Source: an uncultured virus (IMG/VR IMGVR_UViG_3300029889_000001) (lineage: Duplodnaviria; Heunggongvirae; Uroviricota; Caudoviricetes). Taken from it: a DNA stretch of 20,000 nucleotides. A program made the translations under genes and the position numbers. Below the pieces are notes generated by a model, which saw only the letters and a list, made by a program, of their open reading frames with translations, had not been told where the DNA came from and did no database searches. Position 1 is the stretch's first letter. Every line of letters begins with the position of its first letter. Positions 7,797-15,720 of the stretch are shown here, piece after piece. The stretch is from IMG/VR virus record IMGVR_UViG_3300029889_000001, positions 53,459 through 73,458 of that record; one strand, given 5' to 3'.

Positions 7797-8978
7797 CTAA
7801 AATTCCAAGTTCAACGTCTTCGGTCGCCCTGGTTCCGCTTGCTGTGCCGGTTTCTCGTCCTGCGCGGGCTTGGTTTCTTGTGTTTCCTGTTGCGGCTCAG
7901 GCTTCTCCTCTGGCGCTGAGTCGATCTTCTTTGGCCGTCCACGACCGCGCTTCACTTCCGTTTCCTGCGGCGTCTCGGTCTTTGCTTGCTCAGTCTTGAC
8001 CTCTGCTTGCGATGCTTGCTGTGTTGCTTGCTCCGCTGGCTTCTCAGTTGCCTTCGTTTCCGTCTTGGCTACTGTCTGTCCTGTCGGCGCTAGGCGTCCA
8101 CGTAGGTACTCAAGCAACTCCTTCGCCCGTCCCATGTATGAGTTCTTGAGAAGACGCTTCTCTGTCTCGTTCTTGCCGAGTTGAGTAAACAGAGATTCAA
8201 TCTCCTTGTCAAATGGAGAACCGAATACCTCTTCAATCGTCCTGACGCCCTTCTTAATCTCCTCACAGAGAGCTTTCAGGGTGACAAGGTGGTCGATCTC
8301 CAGTTCCTTTGGCGAAGTGACTCCTACCGCGTTCATGATCTGCCACTCGCTCACGCCCAGCTTCGTCAGGTACTCCATAGCCGCGTCGATGCGCTGTGAA
8401 TGGCTTACAGCTTGTCCTACGGCGGTCAGCTTCGCTTGTTGGTAGGCTGGGTCCCAAAGAGCCATCGGAACGCCGCCTTTGAGAACTGCATCGCGGTAAG
8501 CAATGCTCAACGCAGCCTTTCCGGTCGTTAGGATCATATCGGCATTGAACTTCCGGCCTTCTTTGTCTGTGATCCGGCGAGGAACCTCTTTGGCGTTCTT
8601 GTTATTAAACTCGTAGTCAAGAAACACGCCTTGCGCGGTAATAGTGTCGTCTGTGCTTCCAAAAATCCTTGTTGCTGTGGACGTGTTTCTCCATGTTGGA
8701 GCCACAATCTCAGCAAAGCGAACTCCTGGTCCGACAATCTGCTTTCCTGCGCGGGGAAGCGTATAAAACATGCTCAGTGCAACAGGCTGAGAATGGGTTG
8801 CGTAGGACATGAGTTGCTTTTGAAAAGTGGTAATGTTTCTCCTGTTCGCTGGAAGGTTTGCTGTGGCAACCATGGCCGCATATTCCGACTGTGTGATAAT
8901 CGCTAATGTCGAAGGAGATGAGTCAATAATCTCCAAATTTGATTCATTCTCTGGTGGAAGGTATTCCTCGTTCGCCAT
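7797..8978 (-). CDS. Putative phage recombination / single-strand-annealing protein with low-complexity C-terminal tail
   Basis: Start at ATG 8978 with SD AAGGAG (not 9014). FYTLPR...IVGPGVRFAE...WRN core resembles proteins I recall next to phage Cas4-like exonucleases. Q/E/K/P/T-rich tail with AT-hook-like KRGRGRPKK. Function inferred from context. Confidence 0.55.
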   Translation of the reverse strand: MANEEYLPPENESNLEIIDSSPSTLAIITQSEYAAMVATANLPANRRNITTFQKQLMSYATHSQPVALSMFYTLPRAGKQIVGPGVRFAEIVAPTWRNTSTATRIFGSTDDTITAQGVFLDYEFNNKNAKEVPRRITDKEGRKFNADMILTTGKAALSIAYRDAVLKGGVPMALWDPAYQQAKLTAVGQAVSHSQRIDAAMEYLTKLGVSEWQIMNAVGVTSPKELEIDHLVTLKALCEEIKKGVRTIEEVFGSPFDKEIESLFTQLGKNETEKRLLKNSYMGRAKELLEYLRGRLAPTGQTVAKTETKATEKPAEQATQQASQAEVKTEQAKTETPQETEVKRGRGRPKKIDSAPEEKPEPQQETQETKPAQDEKPAQQAEPGRPKTLNLEF

Positions 8979-9023
8979 GCTGCTCCTTTTCCGGTTCTCC
9001 CGGTGTGGTTTCAAAATGTTCCA

Positions 9024-9293
9024 CTACTCCTGCTCTAATTGCCTTAATTTCTCACTTGCGGCCCATCCTCTTGGATTGCCGGGTTTGTCTTCCCGAATAG
9101 TCGATGGACCGCCTAAAGGCATATCAATAATCGCCGTTCTCGTACACCGCTTTCTCCCAAAATATAGGTAAACGGCTACGCTTGCGTCATCATCCATCCC
9201 CATAGGCCCAAAGATTTTGAAATCCCAAGGTGCTCTGTCAAACTGCTTCATCAGATTGGGATGTTGGAACCTCAAGTGATCTAATAGTGTCAT
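9024..9293 (-). CDS. Hypothetical protein
   Basis: 89-aa ORF in the co-oriented array; purine-rich SD upstream. Confidence 0.55.
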   Translation of the reverse strand: MTLLDHLRFQHPNLMKQFDRAPWDFKIFGPMGMDDDASVAVYLYFGRKRCTRTAIIDMPLGGPSTIREDKPGNPRGWAASEKLRQLEQE

Positions 9294-9609
9294 TCTCTTT
9301 CTCTCCCGTCGTTTCCTGTTCCTTGGCTGCTGGTACGGTCCCTTCCCTAGTCAGCGGCGGCTTTAATTCCAAAGTCGATTCCCGATTTGCCACGGTTGTG
9401 TCAGGCGTCATCAGGTTGCTCACCGTCTGCATCATGTGTCCTATCCCGCATAAATGCTTTCCCTCTTTCATTGCCTTTTGAGGACACTCATCCCAGTGGT
9501 ACACATGAACGCCAGAGGATTCAGGAAGGACTACATACCAATTATTTACCTCTCGGCGCTGGGCTGTGCAACCGGGGAAATCACACGTAGGTGCTGATCC
9601 TAATCCCAT
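9238..9609 (-). CDS. Hypothetical Zn-binding protein
   Basis: CDFPGC...NNW...HLCGIGH pattern; SD GAGG. Confidence 0.7.
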   Translation of the reverse strand: MGLGSAPTCDFPGCTAQRREVNNWYVVLPESSGVHVYHWDECPQKAMKEGKHLCGIGHMMQTVSNLMTPDTTVANRESTLELKPPLTREGTVPAAKEQETTGEKENDTIRSLEVPTSQSDEAV

Positions 9610-9613
9610 GCAG

Positions 9614-9919
9614 TTATTTTACCTCTCCTCGCGCTTTAGCCAACGCTTTTATTGCCATGGCTACGCCGCAAGGATTTCCAAGGTTATGCGCTTGACAGTT
9701 TCCATGGTGATCGTACTGGCATGGTTCGTCGTCAATTAACTGCTCAAGAGCAACGTACATATCCGGTCCTGCGGCGATAAGGTGAGCGTTGGCTTCATCG
9801 TTGCCTTGAGATGTGATAGCGATAAAATGGAACCTCTCGCCAGCGACAGATATTTCCCATTGGCAACCGTTGTGATCTTTTGCCACCCACGGCCCTTGTG
9901 TGAACTTAGGTTCGCTCAT
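9614..9919 (-). CDS. Conserved phage hypothetical protein (TPGPW...ANAxLIAAAP type)
   Basis: FTQGPW, ANAHLIAAGPDM, ALAKARGE. Start at ATG 9919 by ATGA coupling. Confidence 0.8.
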   Translation of the reverse strand: MSEPKFTQGPWVAKDHNGCQWEISVAGERFHFIAITSQGNDEANAHLIAAGPDMYVALEQLIDDEPCQYDHHGNCQAHNLGNPCGVAMAIKALAKARGEVK

Positions 9920-10254
9920 GCCGTCACCGCCTCCCAAAATCCCTCACCGTAGACCACAGCGCCGTTCACTGAATGGAATACCAGCATATCCCCGCCGTCG
10001 CAGACTTTCACTTCGAGTCCTTTGGCTATATAAGCATCAGAACGCCGTTTAGCTTCGGACAGTGTGATTTCCTCGTCAGGATATTTCATCGGTCCTTTGC
10101 GAAACCACATGCCTCCGCTGTGATAACCGTCACGTTGGTAACAGTAGATTTTCCACGGTCCTTCACCGATCTCCGCGTACTGGAGTTCGGTAAGCGTGTG
10201 AACTTCCGCTAATCCTGCCGCCTCTTGGCTCTTTGCCCACTCTCCGAAATTCAT
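9916..10254 (-). CDS. Hypothetical protein
   Basis: ATG 10254 preceded by GGAGG; ~112 aa. Confidence 0.7.
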   Translation of the reverse strand: MNFGEWAKSQEAAGLAEVHTLTELQYAEIGEGPWKIYCYQRDGYHSGGMWFRKGPMKYPDEEITLSEAKRRSDAYIAKGLEVKVCDGGDMLVFHSVNGAVVYGEGFWEAVTA

Positions 10255-10268
10255 GCCGTCAACCTCCG

Positions 10269-10712
10269 TCACCACGAAATCGTGAATACCTGTTTGCCTT
10301 TGTTTGCTTCCAAGAACGGGAGTACGTCTTTTTCCGCTGCTACGCCGTAATGCTCATGCTCCTTTGCTGCTGCATAAATCGCACGAACCTTGTCCAGAAA
10401 ATCATCGTCGATGACTGGCAAATCCTCACCGATTAGTTCGTTGATTTTCCCTACTACGTCAGGAATAAATGATTCATTGTCTCCTGTTAGTTTTGCCTTG
10501 AGCCAGCTAACCTCTCCTACCCAAACGTTAGGAGTATCAGTGATGCGTTGATGGACAGACCCCGGACCAAACTGTTCCTCGTAAGTCCTTTTTCCACGAG
10601 GTATCAGTCCAAACCCAGCAAACCACTTTGACCCTATGACATTGGAATTGAAGTCTGCTAGATCGGCTTCCGTGATTCCCTCGTAGATGTGAATATGTAA
10701 ATCAGCGGCCAT
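10269..10712 (-). CDS. Hypothetical phage protein
   Basis: 147 aa, SD GGAGG; MAADLHIH...VWVGEVSWLKA...FTISW. Confidence 0.8.
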   Translation of the reverse strand: MAADLHIHIYEGITEADLADFNSNVIGSKWFAGFGLIPRGKRTYEEQFGPGSVHQRITDTPNVWVGEVSWLKAKLTGDNESFIPDVVGKINELIGEDLPVIDDDFLDKVRAIYAAAKEHEHYGVAAEKDVLPFLEANKGKQVFTISW

Positions 10713-11034
10713 CGGTCAACCTCCGTCTCAGTTCTGCCCACTCAGCAGGCGTAAGGCGGTCAAGAGGATGGCTGTTAGGTTCCATCCACTCAAGAATGTC
10801 GTGGATTGCTTTGGCATCCTTATAATCCTGCCGCTCCTCAAATTTCGCCCGCAGAACACGATCTTGCTCTCGTTTCGCCCGCTTCGCCTTTTCTTCTGTG
10901 ATCTCAACCTTGGTTGCCGGACGCGGCGGCTGGCTGAATCCTGTGCGTGGACGCGGCTCTGTGCTTAATTGAGTGACCCGCATTACAGACCCACTCCACT
11001 CCCGCTCATAAGTAAGCCATTCTTCCTTTGGCAT
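10702..11034 (-). CDS. Hypothetical protein
   Basis: 110 aa, purine-rich SD (GGGGAG...GAGG). Confidence 0.7.
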   Translation of the reverse strand: MPKEEWLTYEREWSGSVMRVTQLSTEPRPRTGFSQPPRPATKVEITEEKAKRAKREQDRVLRAKFEERQDYKDAKAIHDILEWMEPNSHPLDRLTPAEWAELRRRLTDGR

Positions 11035-11052
11035 CCTCGTTCTCCCCTACTA

Positions 11053-11223
11053 TTACCCCAGCGCGATTTTCTCGCTAAACGGCACTTCTTCCGGCTGCGC
11101 GATAGGAGCTACCACTTCGATCATCTCTCCTACCGCATTAGGGTTTCCGTCAAACCACAGCCACACCTCATCCGCCTGCTCCGGCGTCAGGCCCGATAGA
11201 AACGCTTTCAGGTATTCTGGCAT
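11053..11223 (-). CDS. Small acidic hypothetical protein, first gene of the leftward arm
   Basis: ATG 11223 preceded by GGGAGGGAG. The longer ORF-track start (11283) lies upstream of the predicted promoter. Confidence 0.65.
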   Translation of the reverse strand: MPEYLKAFLSGLTPEQADEVWLWFDGNPNAVGEMIEVVAPIAQPEEVPFSEKIALG

Positions 11224-11250
11224 TTCTCTCCCTCCCGGTCGATTGTGATT

Positions 11251-11279
11251 ACGGTATACCCTGTTTCCGCCTTTGTCAA
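11251..11279 (-). promoter_or_regulatory. Leftward sigma70-type promoter
   Basis: TTGACA (11279-11274), 17-bp spacer, TACCGT (11256-11251), then SD and ATG 11223. Confidence 0.75.
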
Positions 11280-11439
11280 GCATGGAATTGAATTATTTTT
11301 ATCATCCTTTGTTTTCTATGGTTTGCGAAAATCAATTACACCTACAAAAACGATATTCCTAGCGGCGCTTACAGAACGCATAAAGGCGCAGGAATATGAA
11401 AGCAAAAGACTTGTGAGAAATTTTGCGCAAAAAAAGTTC

Positions 11440-11468
11440 TTGACAAACCGCAGAGGATTCGATAGGGT
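11440..11468 (+). promoter_or_regulatory. Rightward sigma70-type promoter
   Basis: TTGACA (11440-11445), 17-bp spacer, TAGGGT (11463-11468); A-tract upstream. Confidence 0.7.
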
Positions 11469-11473
11469 GGTGA

Positions 11474-11640
11474 TGTCCGGGGTAGCTCCCTTGGATGCCC
11501 TCTATCCGAACAGGTCTGGGGGCCGGTTGCCCAGACTGGCCCCAACCACCTTCAAGATAGAACGGCGCTGTTCGGATACCTTTTCAACGGCTGCGGAATT
11601 TTGGCTATGAGGATTTCCCTGTCATTAGGGAAAAGGGGGA
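11474..11640 (+). ncRNA. Putative structured 5' leader / small RNA upstream of the replication initiator
   Basis: 5' hairpin 11474-11497. Perfect 11-bp stem 11503-11513/11568-11578 enclosing two mutually exclusive hairpins. Hairpin 11614-11620/11627-11633 next to the SD. Confidence 0.5.
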
Positions 11641-11645
11641 ATATT

Positions 11646-12440
11646 TTGTCCGCAAAATGGCAACAATGGATGCCGCTCCATATTGACCGCTTCTTAGGTA
11701 GTCCTGCTGTTCAAGCCATGTCTCCATCCGCCCAGATGGGATACCTTCGCCTTTTGATGGCTTCATGGCAAAGCGAAGATTGTACGATTTCTTCCGATCC
11801 TCTCGATTTAGCAGAAACTAGCGGACTTGGCGATGATCTTTGGGAAAAATGCGGCGCTCGTATTTTGCGTAAATTTTTTCCTGTAAGCGGCAATGGAAGA
11901 TTGCGGAATAGCGTCTGCTATGAAGAATGGAGAGAAGCAAAAAGAATATTTGAAGCAAGAAAGGCTGCGGCAATAAAAACCACAGAAATACGGTCACCGC
12001 GTTTATTTTCTACAGTCACCGAAGACAATCAAGACGGTGACCATACGGTGACTAATGGCACACCGTCACGCTCTGCCAACACAATAACAGGTACATTAAC
12101 AAATACAAAAAAACAAACAGCATCTACAGGCGAAGAAATTGATGCTCTTTATAAAGCCTACCCCCGTCACACCGCTCCAAAAGCAGCGCGTAAGGCAATC
12201 GAAAAGGCATTAAAAGAAAAACCTTTTGATGTACTCCTTCCCATCGTACAGGCTTACGCTGCTCAGACGGCAAAGAGAATTGCTGATGGAAAACTAGAAA
12301 AGGAATTTATTCCTCACCCGGCTACTTGGTTTAATCAAGGGCGATACGAAGATGACGATTTGAAGCCGCCGCCGCAATACGACATTGTGGAAGTTTCGCC
12401 ACAGGAGTTCTGGAAAGACACAGGGATTCATGTCTCTTAG
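11646..12440 (+). CDS. Phage replication initiator / replisome organizer (DUF1376/YdaU-like N-terminus)
   Basis: WMPLHIDRFLGS...MS...GYLRLLMASW N-domain, low-complexity linker, C-domain LYKAYPR...KAARKA...FIPHPATWFNQGRYED. Probable TTG start 11646 after AGGGGGA. Confidence 0.85.
   Translation: MSAKWQQWMPLHIDRFLGSPAVQAMSPSAQMGYLRLLMASWQSEDCTISSDPLDLAETSGLGDDLWEKCGARILRKFFPVSGNGRLRNSVCYEEWREAKRIFEARKAAAIKTTEIRSPRLFSTVTEDNQDGDHTVTNGTPSRSANTITGTLTNTKKQTASTGEEIDALYKAYPRHTAPKAARKAIEKALKEKPFDVLLPIVQAYAAQTAKRIADGKLEKEFIPHPATWFNQGRYEDDDLKPPPQYDIVEVSPQEFWKDTGIHVS
11989..12120. repeat. Candidate replication origin: iteron-like GTCACCG repeats plus A-rich tract inside the initiator gene
   Basis: GTCACCG at 11993 and 12015; inverted CGGTGAC at 12035 and 12046; A-rich segment ~12078-12120. 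Confidence 0.65.
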
Positions 12441-14307
12441 TCAGTTTACTCAATCCGAAATCGAGCAGTATTACCGCATCCGGCTTGACCGTGCAGGATT
12501 TCATCACGTCAAGGGAAACGAGTGGAGGTCGCGGTGTATCCTGCATGGCGGGGATAATCCTAATTCGCTTTGGGTAGATATTGCGACTGGAGGGTTTTGT
12601 TGTTTTTCATGCCAAGAAAAAGGCGGAGGGATTTATTCTTTTGAACAGGTACTTCTCCGCCATGAAAGCAATTCAGGTCAAGCGCCGGAGGCAGGGAAGG
12701 TCACTGAGTCGATTCATACGGTGCTAGGAACACCGTTCGTCAGCAGGGTTTACCAAGAAGACATTCCGAATAAGGCAAAAGGAACCGGATGGGATCGCAA
12801 GCAAGCGCAGGATTACTACGTTTATCAAGATGAACTAGGAAGGGAATTGTATCGCGTTTGGAGGTTCGTAGACCGCAGCGGGAATAAGGTAACGCCGCCA
12901 GATCACGCCTGTGCTTGCCAAAGGAATCCTGACGCCGAATGTGAGGCTGGTTGCGTGGATGGTAGGGTATGGGGTGCCAAGGATGTTCGGAGAGTCCTGT
13001 ACAGGCTTCCAGACATTATCCAGTCTAGTTTCTGCTTTGTGGTAGAAGGCGAGAAAGACGTAAATAACCTGAGCCGTGCGTTGGCGCTCTACATCTCACG
13101 CACAAACGGTTTTAAGATTGCAAACCTACTTCTTGACCGCGTAGGTGTTACAACGAACATGGGAGGTTCGTCAGGATGGAAGCTGGAATACGAATACGGA
13201 AAATACTTCACCGGGAAAGTGGTAGTTAAACTCGGCGATAACGATGCTCCTGGTCGCCTACATGACGCCGCTGTATGCAAAGACGTTGCCAAGTATGCTC
13301 TGCAACTCTACACGCTAGAATTACCTGTTGGAGAGAAAGAGGACATTTCAGATTATCTCAAAGATCACACGATAGAAGATTTGATTAAACTGATGGAGAC
13401 TAGCTTAAAGAAGTGGGAGGTTGCGAAACCAAAGGAAACAAAAGTAGGAGACAGGAACGAACCTCGTGTGGTGTTAGTTCATCCTGTCGAGCTAACAGGA
13501 AGAGAAACAAAGCCACAGGTTGATTGGCTAGTAGATGGGTTGATTGAGCGTGGGCAACGCGGCTTGGTTGTTGCTCCGCCGAAGGTTGGGAAGTCGCTTC
13601 TATTCCTCGATATGTGTGTGTCCCTTGCATCGCAAACTAGATTCCTTGGTGTAGAGCCTTCCAATCATCCAATCAGGACGGCTATTATCAGCAGAGAGGA
13701 TGGGCCAGAGTTAGTCAAGAGAAGACTTACACAACTTGCGGCAGGTAGAGGTTTGAGTCTTGAGCAAGTAAATCCGTACATCCTTGTGAATACCGTGAAA
13801 CAGTCTTCCAGTTTTCATATTGACTCACAAAAAGAACTTGAGGAGATGGCGCAATGGTTAAAGGCGGGAAGAGTAGAATTCTGTGTAGTCGATGTGTTGA
13901 ATAGGCTGCATTTCCAAAATGAAAATTCTACTGACGATATGACCAAAGTGATGATAAAATTTGATGAACTGGCAGCATTGTCTGGTTCTCAGATATGTGT
14001 TATTCATCACCTTGGGCGTACAGGAAACTCGCGTGGTTCTACAACGATTGAGGGTTGGGCAGACTTCATCTGTAAACTCGAACAAGACCCCATAGATGAA
14101 TCTTTGAAGACAGTGACCATAAAAACCAAAGCTCAGGGGTTAATAGCTCCACGCTCAGTGAAGTATTGGCAATCGGACGACAAAAATCAATCCCGGATTC
14201 TATTGGTAGAGAAAATCGAGAGGCATAATAATGGCAATGGAAATGGTAACGGGCGCGTTAAATCTTCAACTGAGGTTCAACCGCGAATGCCTTACAACAA
14301 CGATTAG
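12430..14307 (+). CDS. Primase-helicase fusion (CHC2 Zn finger + TOPRIM + RepA/AAA_25-type helicase)
   Basis: CILH...CFSC Zn finger; VEGEKD, GDNDAPG, EDISDY TOPRIM motifs; Walker A APPKVGKS, Walker B CVVD, IHH, SRGS. ATG 12430 overlaps the initiator stop. Confidence 0.9.
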   Translation: MSLSQFTQSEIEQYYRIRLDRAGFHHVKGNEWRSRCILHGGDNPNSLWVDIATGGFCCFSCQEKGGGIYSFEQVLLRHESNSGQAPEAGKVTESIHTVLGTPFVSRVYQEDIPNKAKGTGWDRKQAQDYYVYQDELGRELYRVWRFVDRSGNKVTPPDHACACQRNPDAECEAGCVDGRVWGAKDVRRVLYRLPDIIQSSFCFVVEGEKDVNNLSRALALYISRTNGFKIANLLLDRVGVTTNMGGSSGWKLEYEYGKYFTGKVVVKLGDNDAPGRLHDAAVCKDVAKYALQLYTLELPVGEKEDISDYLKDHTIEDLIKLMETSLKKWEVAKPKETKVGDRNEPRVVLVHPVELTGRETKPQVDWLVDGLIERGQRGLVVAPPKVGKSLLFLDMCVSLASQTRFLGVEPSNHPIRTAIISREDGPELVKRRLTQLAAGRGLSLEQVNPYILVNTVKQSSSFHIDSQKELEEMAQWLKAGRVEFCVVDVLNRLHFQNENSTDDMTKVMIKFDELAALSGSQICVIHHLGRTGNSRGSTTIEGWADFICKLEQDPIDESLKTVTIKTKAQGLIAPRSVKYWQSDDKNQSRILLVEKIERHNNGNGNGNGRVKSSTEVQPRMPYNND

Positions 14308-14316
14308 GAGCGCACA

Positions 14317-14523
14317 TTGAGACATTCCGCACTATGCACAGACGAAGAAGGAATCAACGAGTTTAATGCACGTATGGACCGAGAGGATTTAGAAGCACTT
14401 TCTGTAGCCTGTCCGCTCAAATCCTGCGGTGCTGAGGTAGGGGAGCATTGCTGCACGGATTCGGGACAGCGGAGAATACGTCACTGCCGCAGACTTTTAG
14501 AAGCGAGGAAACAGAATGGGTGA
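14317..14523 (+). CDS. Small Zn-finger protein
   Basis: VACP-x2-SCGAEVGEHC...RHCRR; SD AGGAG before TTG. Confidence 0.65.
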   Translation: MRHSALCTDEEGINEFNARMDREDLEALSVACPLKSCGAEVGEHCCTDSGQRRIRHCRRLLEARKQNG

Positions 14524-15265
14524 AAAAACTGGTATAAGTTGGACGACGCACACGATGAATCCGTGGCATGGTTGTACTGAGGTATCTCCTGGCTGCGACA
14601 ATTGCTATGCCCGTGTCCTTGACGCACGTTGGGGCGGCGATCCGCACTGGGGAAAGGGCGTATCCCGTAAGGTAATGAGTGATGCGTATTGGAGGCAACC
14701 TTTGCGGTGGAACGCTAACGCCGAAAAGGAAGGAGTCAAGCATAAAGTATTCTGTGCATCGATGGCCGATGTGATGGACGACGAAGCTCCTGCTGGTCAG
14801 CGGGAAAGGTTATGGGAGTTGATTGACAACACTCCTAATCTTATTTGGCAACTGCTAACCAAGCGACCACAGCGGTACATGCGCTACCTGCCGAAAGAGT
14901 TCAAGTATTGTAATGTGTGGCTTGGCATGAGTGCTGAGAACCAAAAGAATTTCGAGATTCGTGCCGATCATTTAATTGACGCGAGTATTGATCGCGGGAC
15001 GGTTGCATTTATCAGCTACGAACCTGCTCTTGGACCCCTAACTTTAAGCACTCGTCCAAACTGGCAACTTGATTGGTTGATTTGTGGTGCGGAAAGCGGT
15101 GCAAATCGTAGACCCATGGAGAAATATTGGGTTGAAAACATTCAAAAGGAATGTGCAGAGCGTGGAACGAAGTTTTTCATGAAGCAGTTCGGGGCACGAA
15201 CTCCAGAAGAAGGTGCAAGGTTAATCCCAGCCGAATTACTAATCCGCGAGTTTCCAGGGGAGTAA
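14516..15265 (+). CDS. DUF5131 / phage Gp37-Gp68 family protein (three-Cys, radical-SAM-like)
   Basis: TGISWT...NPWHGCTEVSPGCDNCYA, VFCASMAD, LLTKRP, NVWLGMSAENQ, SYEPALG, WLICGAESG, FFMKQ. Confidence 0.92.
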   Translation: MGEKTGISWTTHTMNPWHGCTEVSPGCDNCYARVLDARWGGDPHWGKGVSRKVMSDAYWRQPLRWNANAEKEGVKHKVFCASMADVMDDEAPAGQRERLWELIDNTPNLIWQLLTKRPQRYMRYLPKEFKYCNVWLGMSAENQKNFEIRADHLIDASIDRGTVAFISYEPALGPLTLSTRPNWQLDWLICGAESGANRRPMEKYWVENIQKECAERGTKFFMKQFGARTPEEGARLIPAELLIREFPGE

Positions 15266-15267
15266 AG

Positions 15268-15720
15268 ATGCGCCCAGCACGAACGATTTTGCTCGTAGGT
15301 GAGAACGACGACACACTCGGTCCTCTCCGCTATGTCCTGTCCAATTCACAGCCAGAGCCGCTGGATAAGAAAGGGCGCGTCTATACTGTTACCTCAGCAA
15401 ACACAGCACAAGAGGCGCTAGGATGGCTCAGGAGGAACCAATACGACTTGATGCTCTGTCAGTGTCCTGTCGCGTCCCTGGAATCGCTCCTAAGCCATGC
15501 AAAGGCTATTGACGATAGGATGCCGACAGTAGTCCTATACGATAAAGGAGCAGATGTGACAGGATGTTTAGCCGATGCAGTGATGCATAAACCATCAATG
15601 GCTGATTTGCTTGAGCGCATCAGGATTATGGTCCAGCGGCGACGTGGGCCGCACAAGGGATGGAAGAAGGGCGTAGCGCCGGAGCGTCTTGTGGTGCAAG
15701 AAATGGAGGTAGTAGCATGA
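15268..15720 (+). CDS. Atypical (pseudo-)receiver domain protein with basic AT-hook-like tail
   Basis: ILLV strand, VTSANTAQEAL, YDLMLCQ, PTVVL, ADAVMHKP, LLERIR, then RRRGPHKG. The phospho-acceptor Asp position is Q. Start ATG 15268. Confidence 0.75.
   Translation: MRPARTILLVGENDDTLGPLRYVLSNSQPEPLDKKGRVYTVTSANTAQEALGWLRRNQYDLMLCQCPVASLESLLSHAKAIDDRMPTVVLYDKGADVTGCLADAVMHKPSMADLLERIRIMVQRRRGPHKGWKKGVAPERLVVQEMEVVA

Noticed and set aside
2573..11199. Numerous plus-strand ORFs across the leftward arm (e.g. 3017-3469, 7673-7999, 7870-8184)
   Set aside because: They lie opposite well-supported, coupled minus-strand genes and have no SD or motif support.
11245..11610. 121-aa plus-strand ORF spanning the control region
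   Set aside because: It runs through both promoters and the structured leader, with no SD and no recognisable domain.
14226..14252. Asn-Gly repeat (NNGNGNGNG) at the helicase C-terminus
   Set aside because: The codons vary, so it is a low-complexity tail rather than a DNA tandem repeat or contingency locus.
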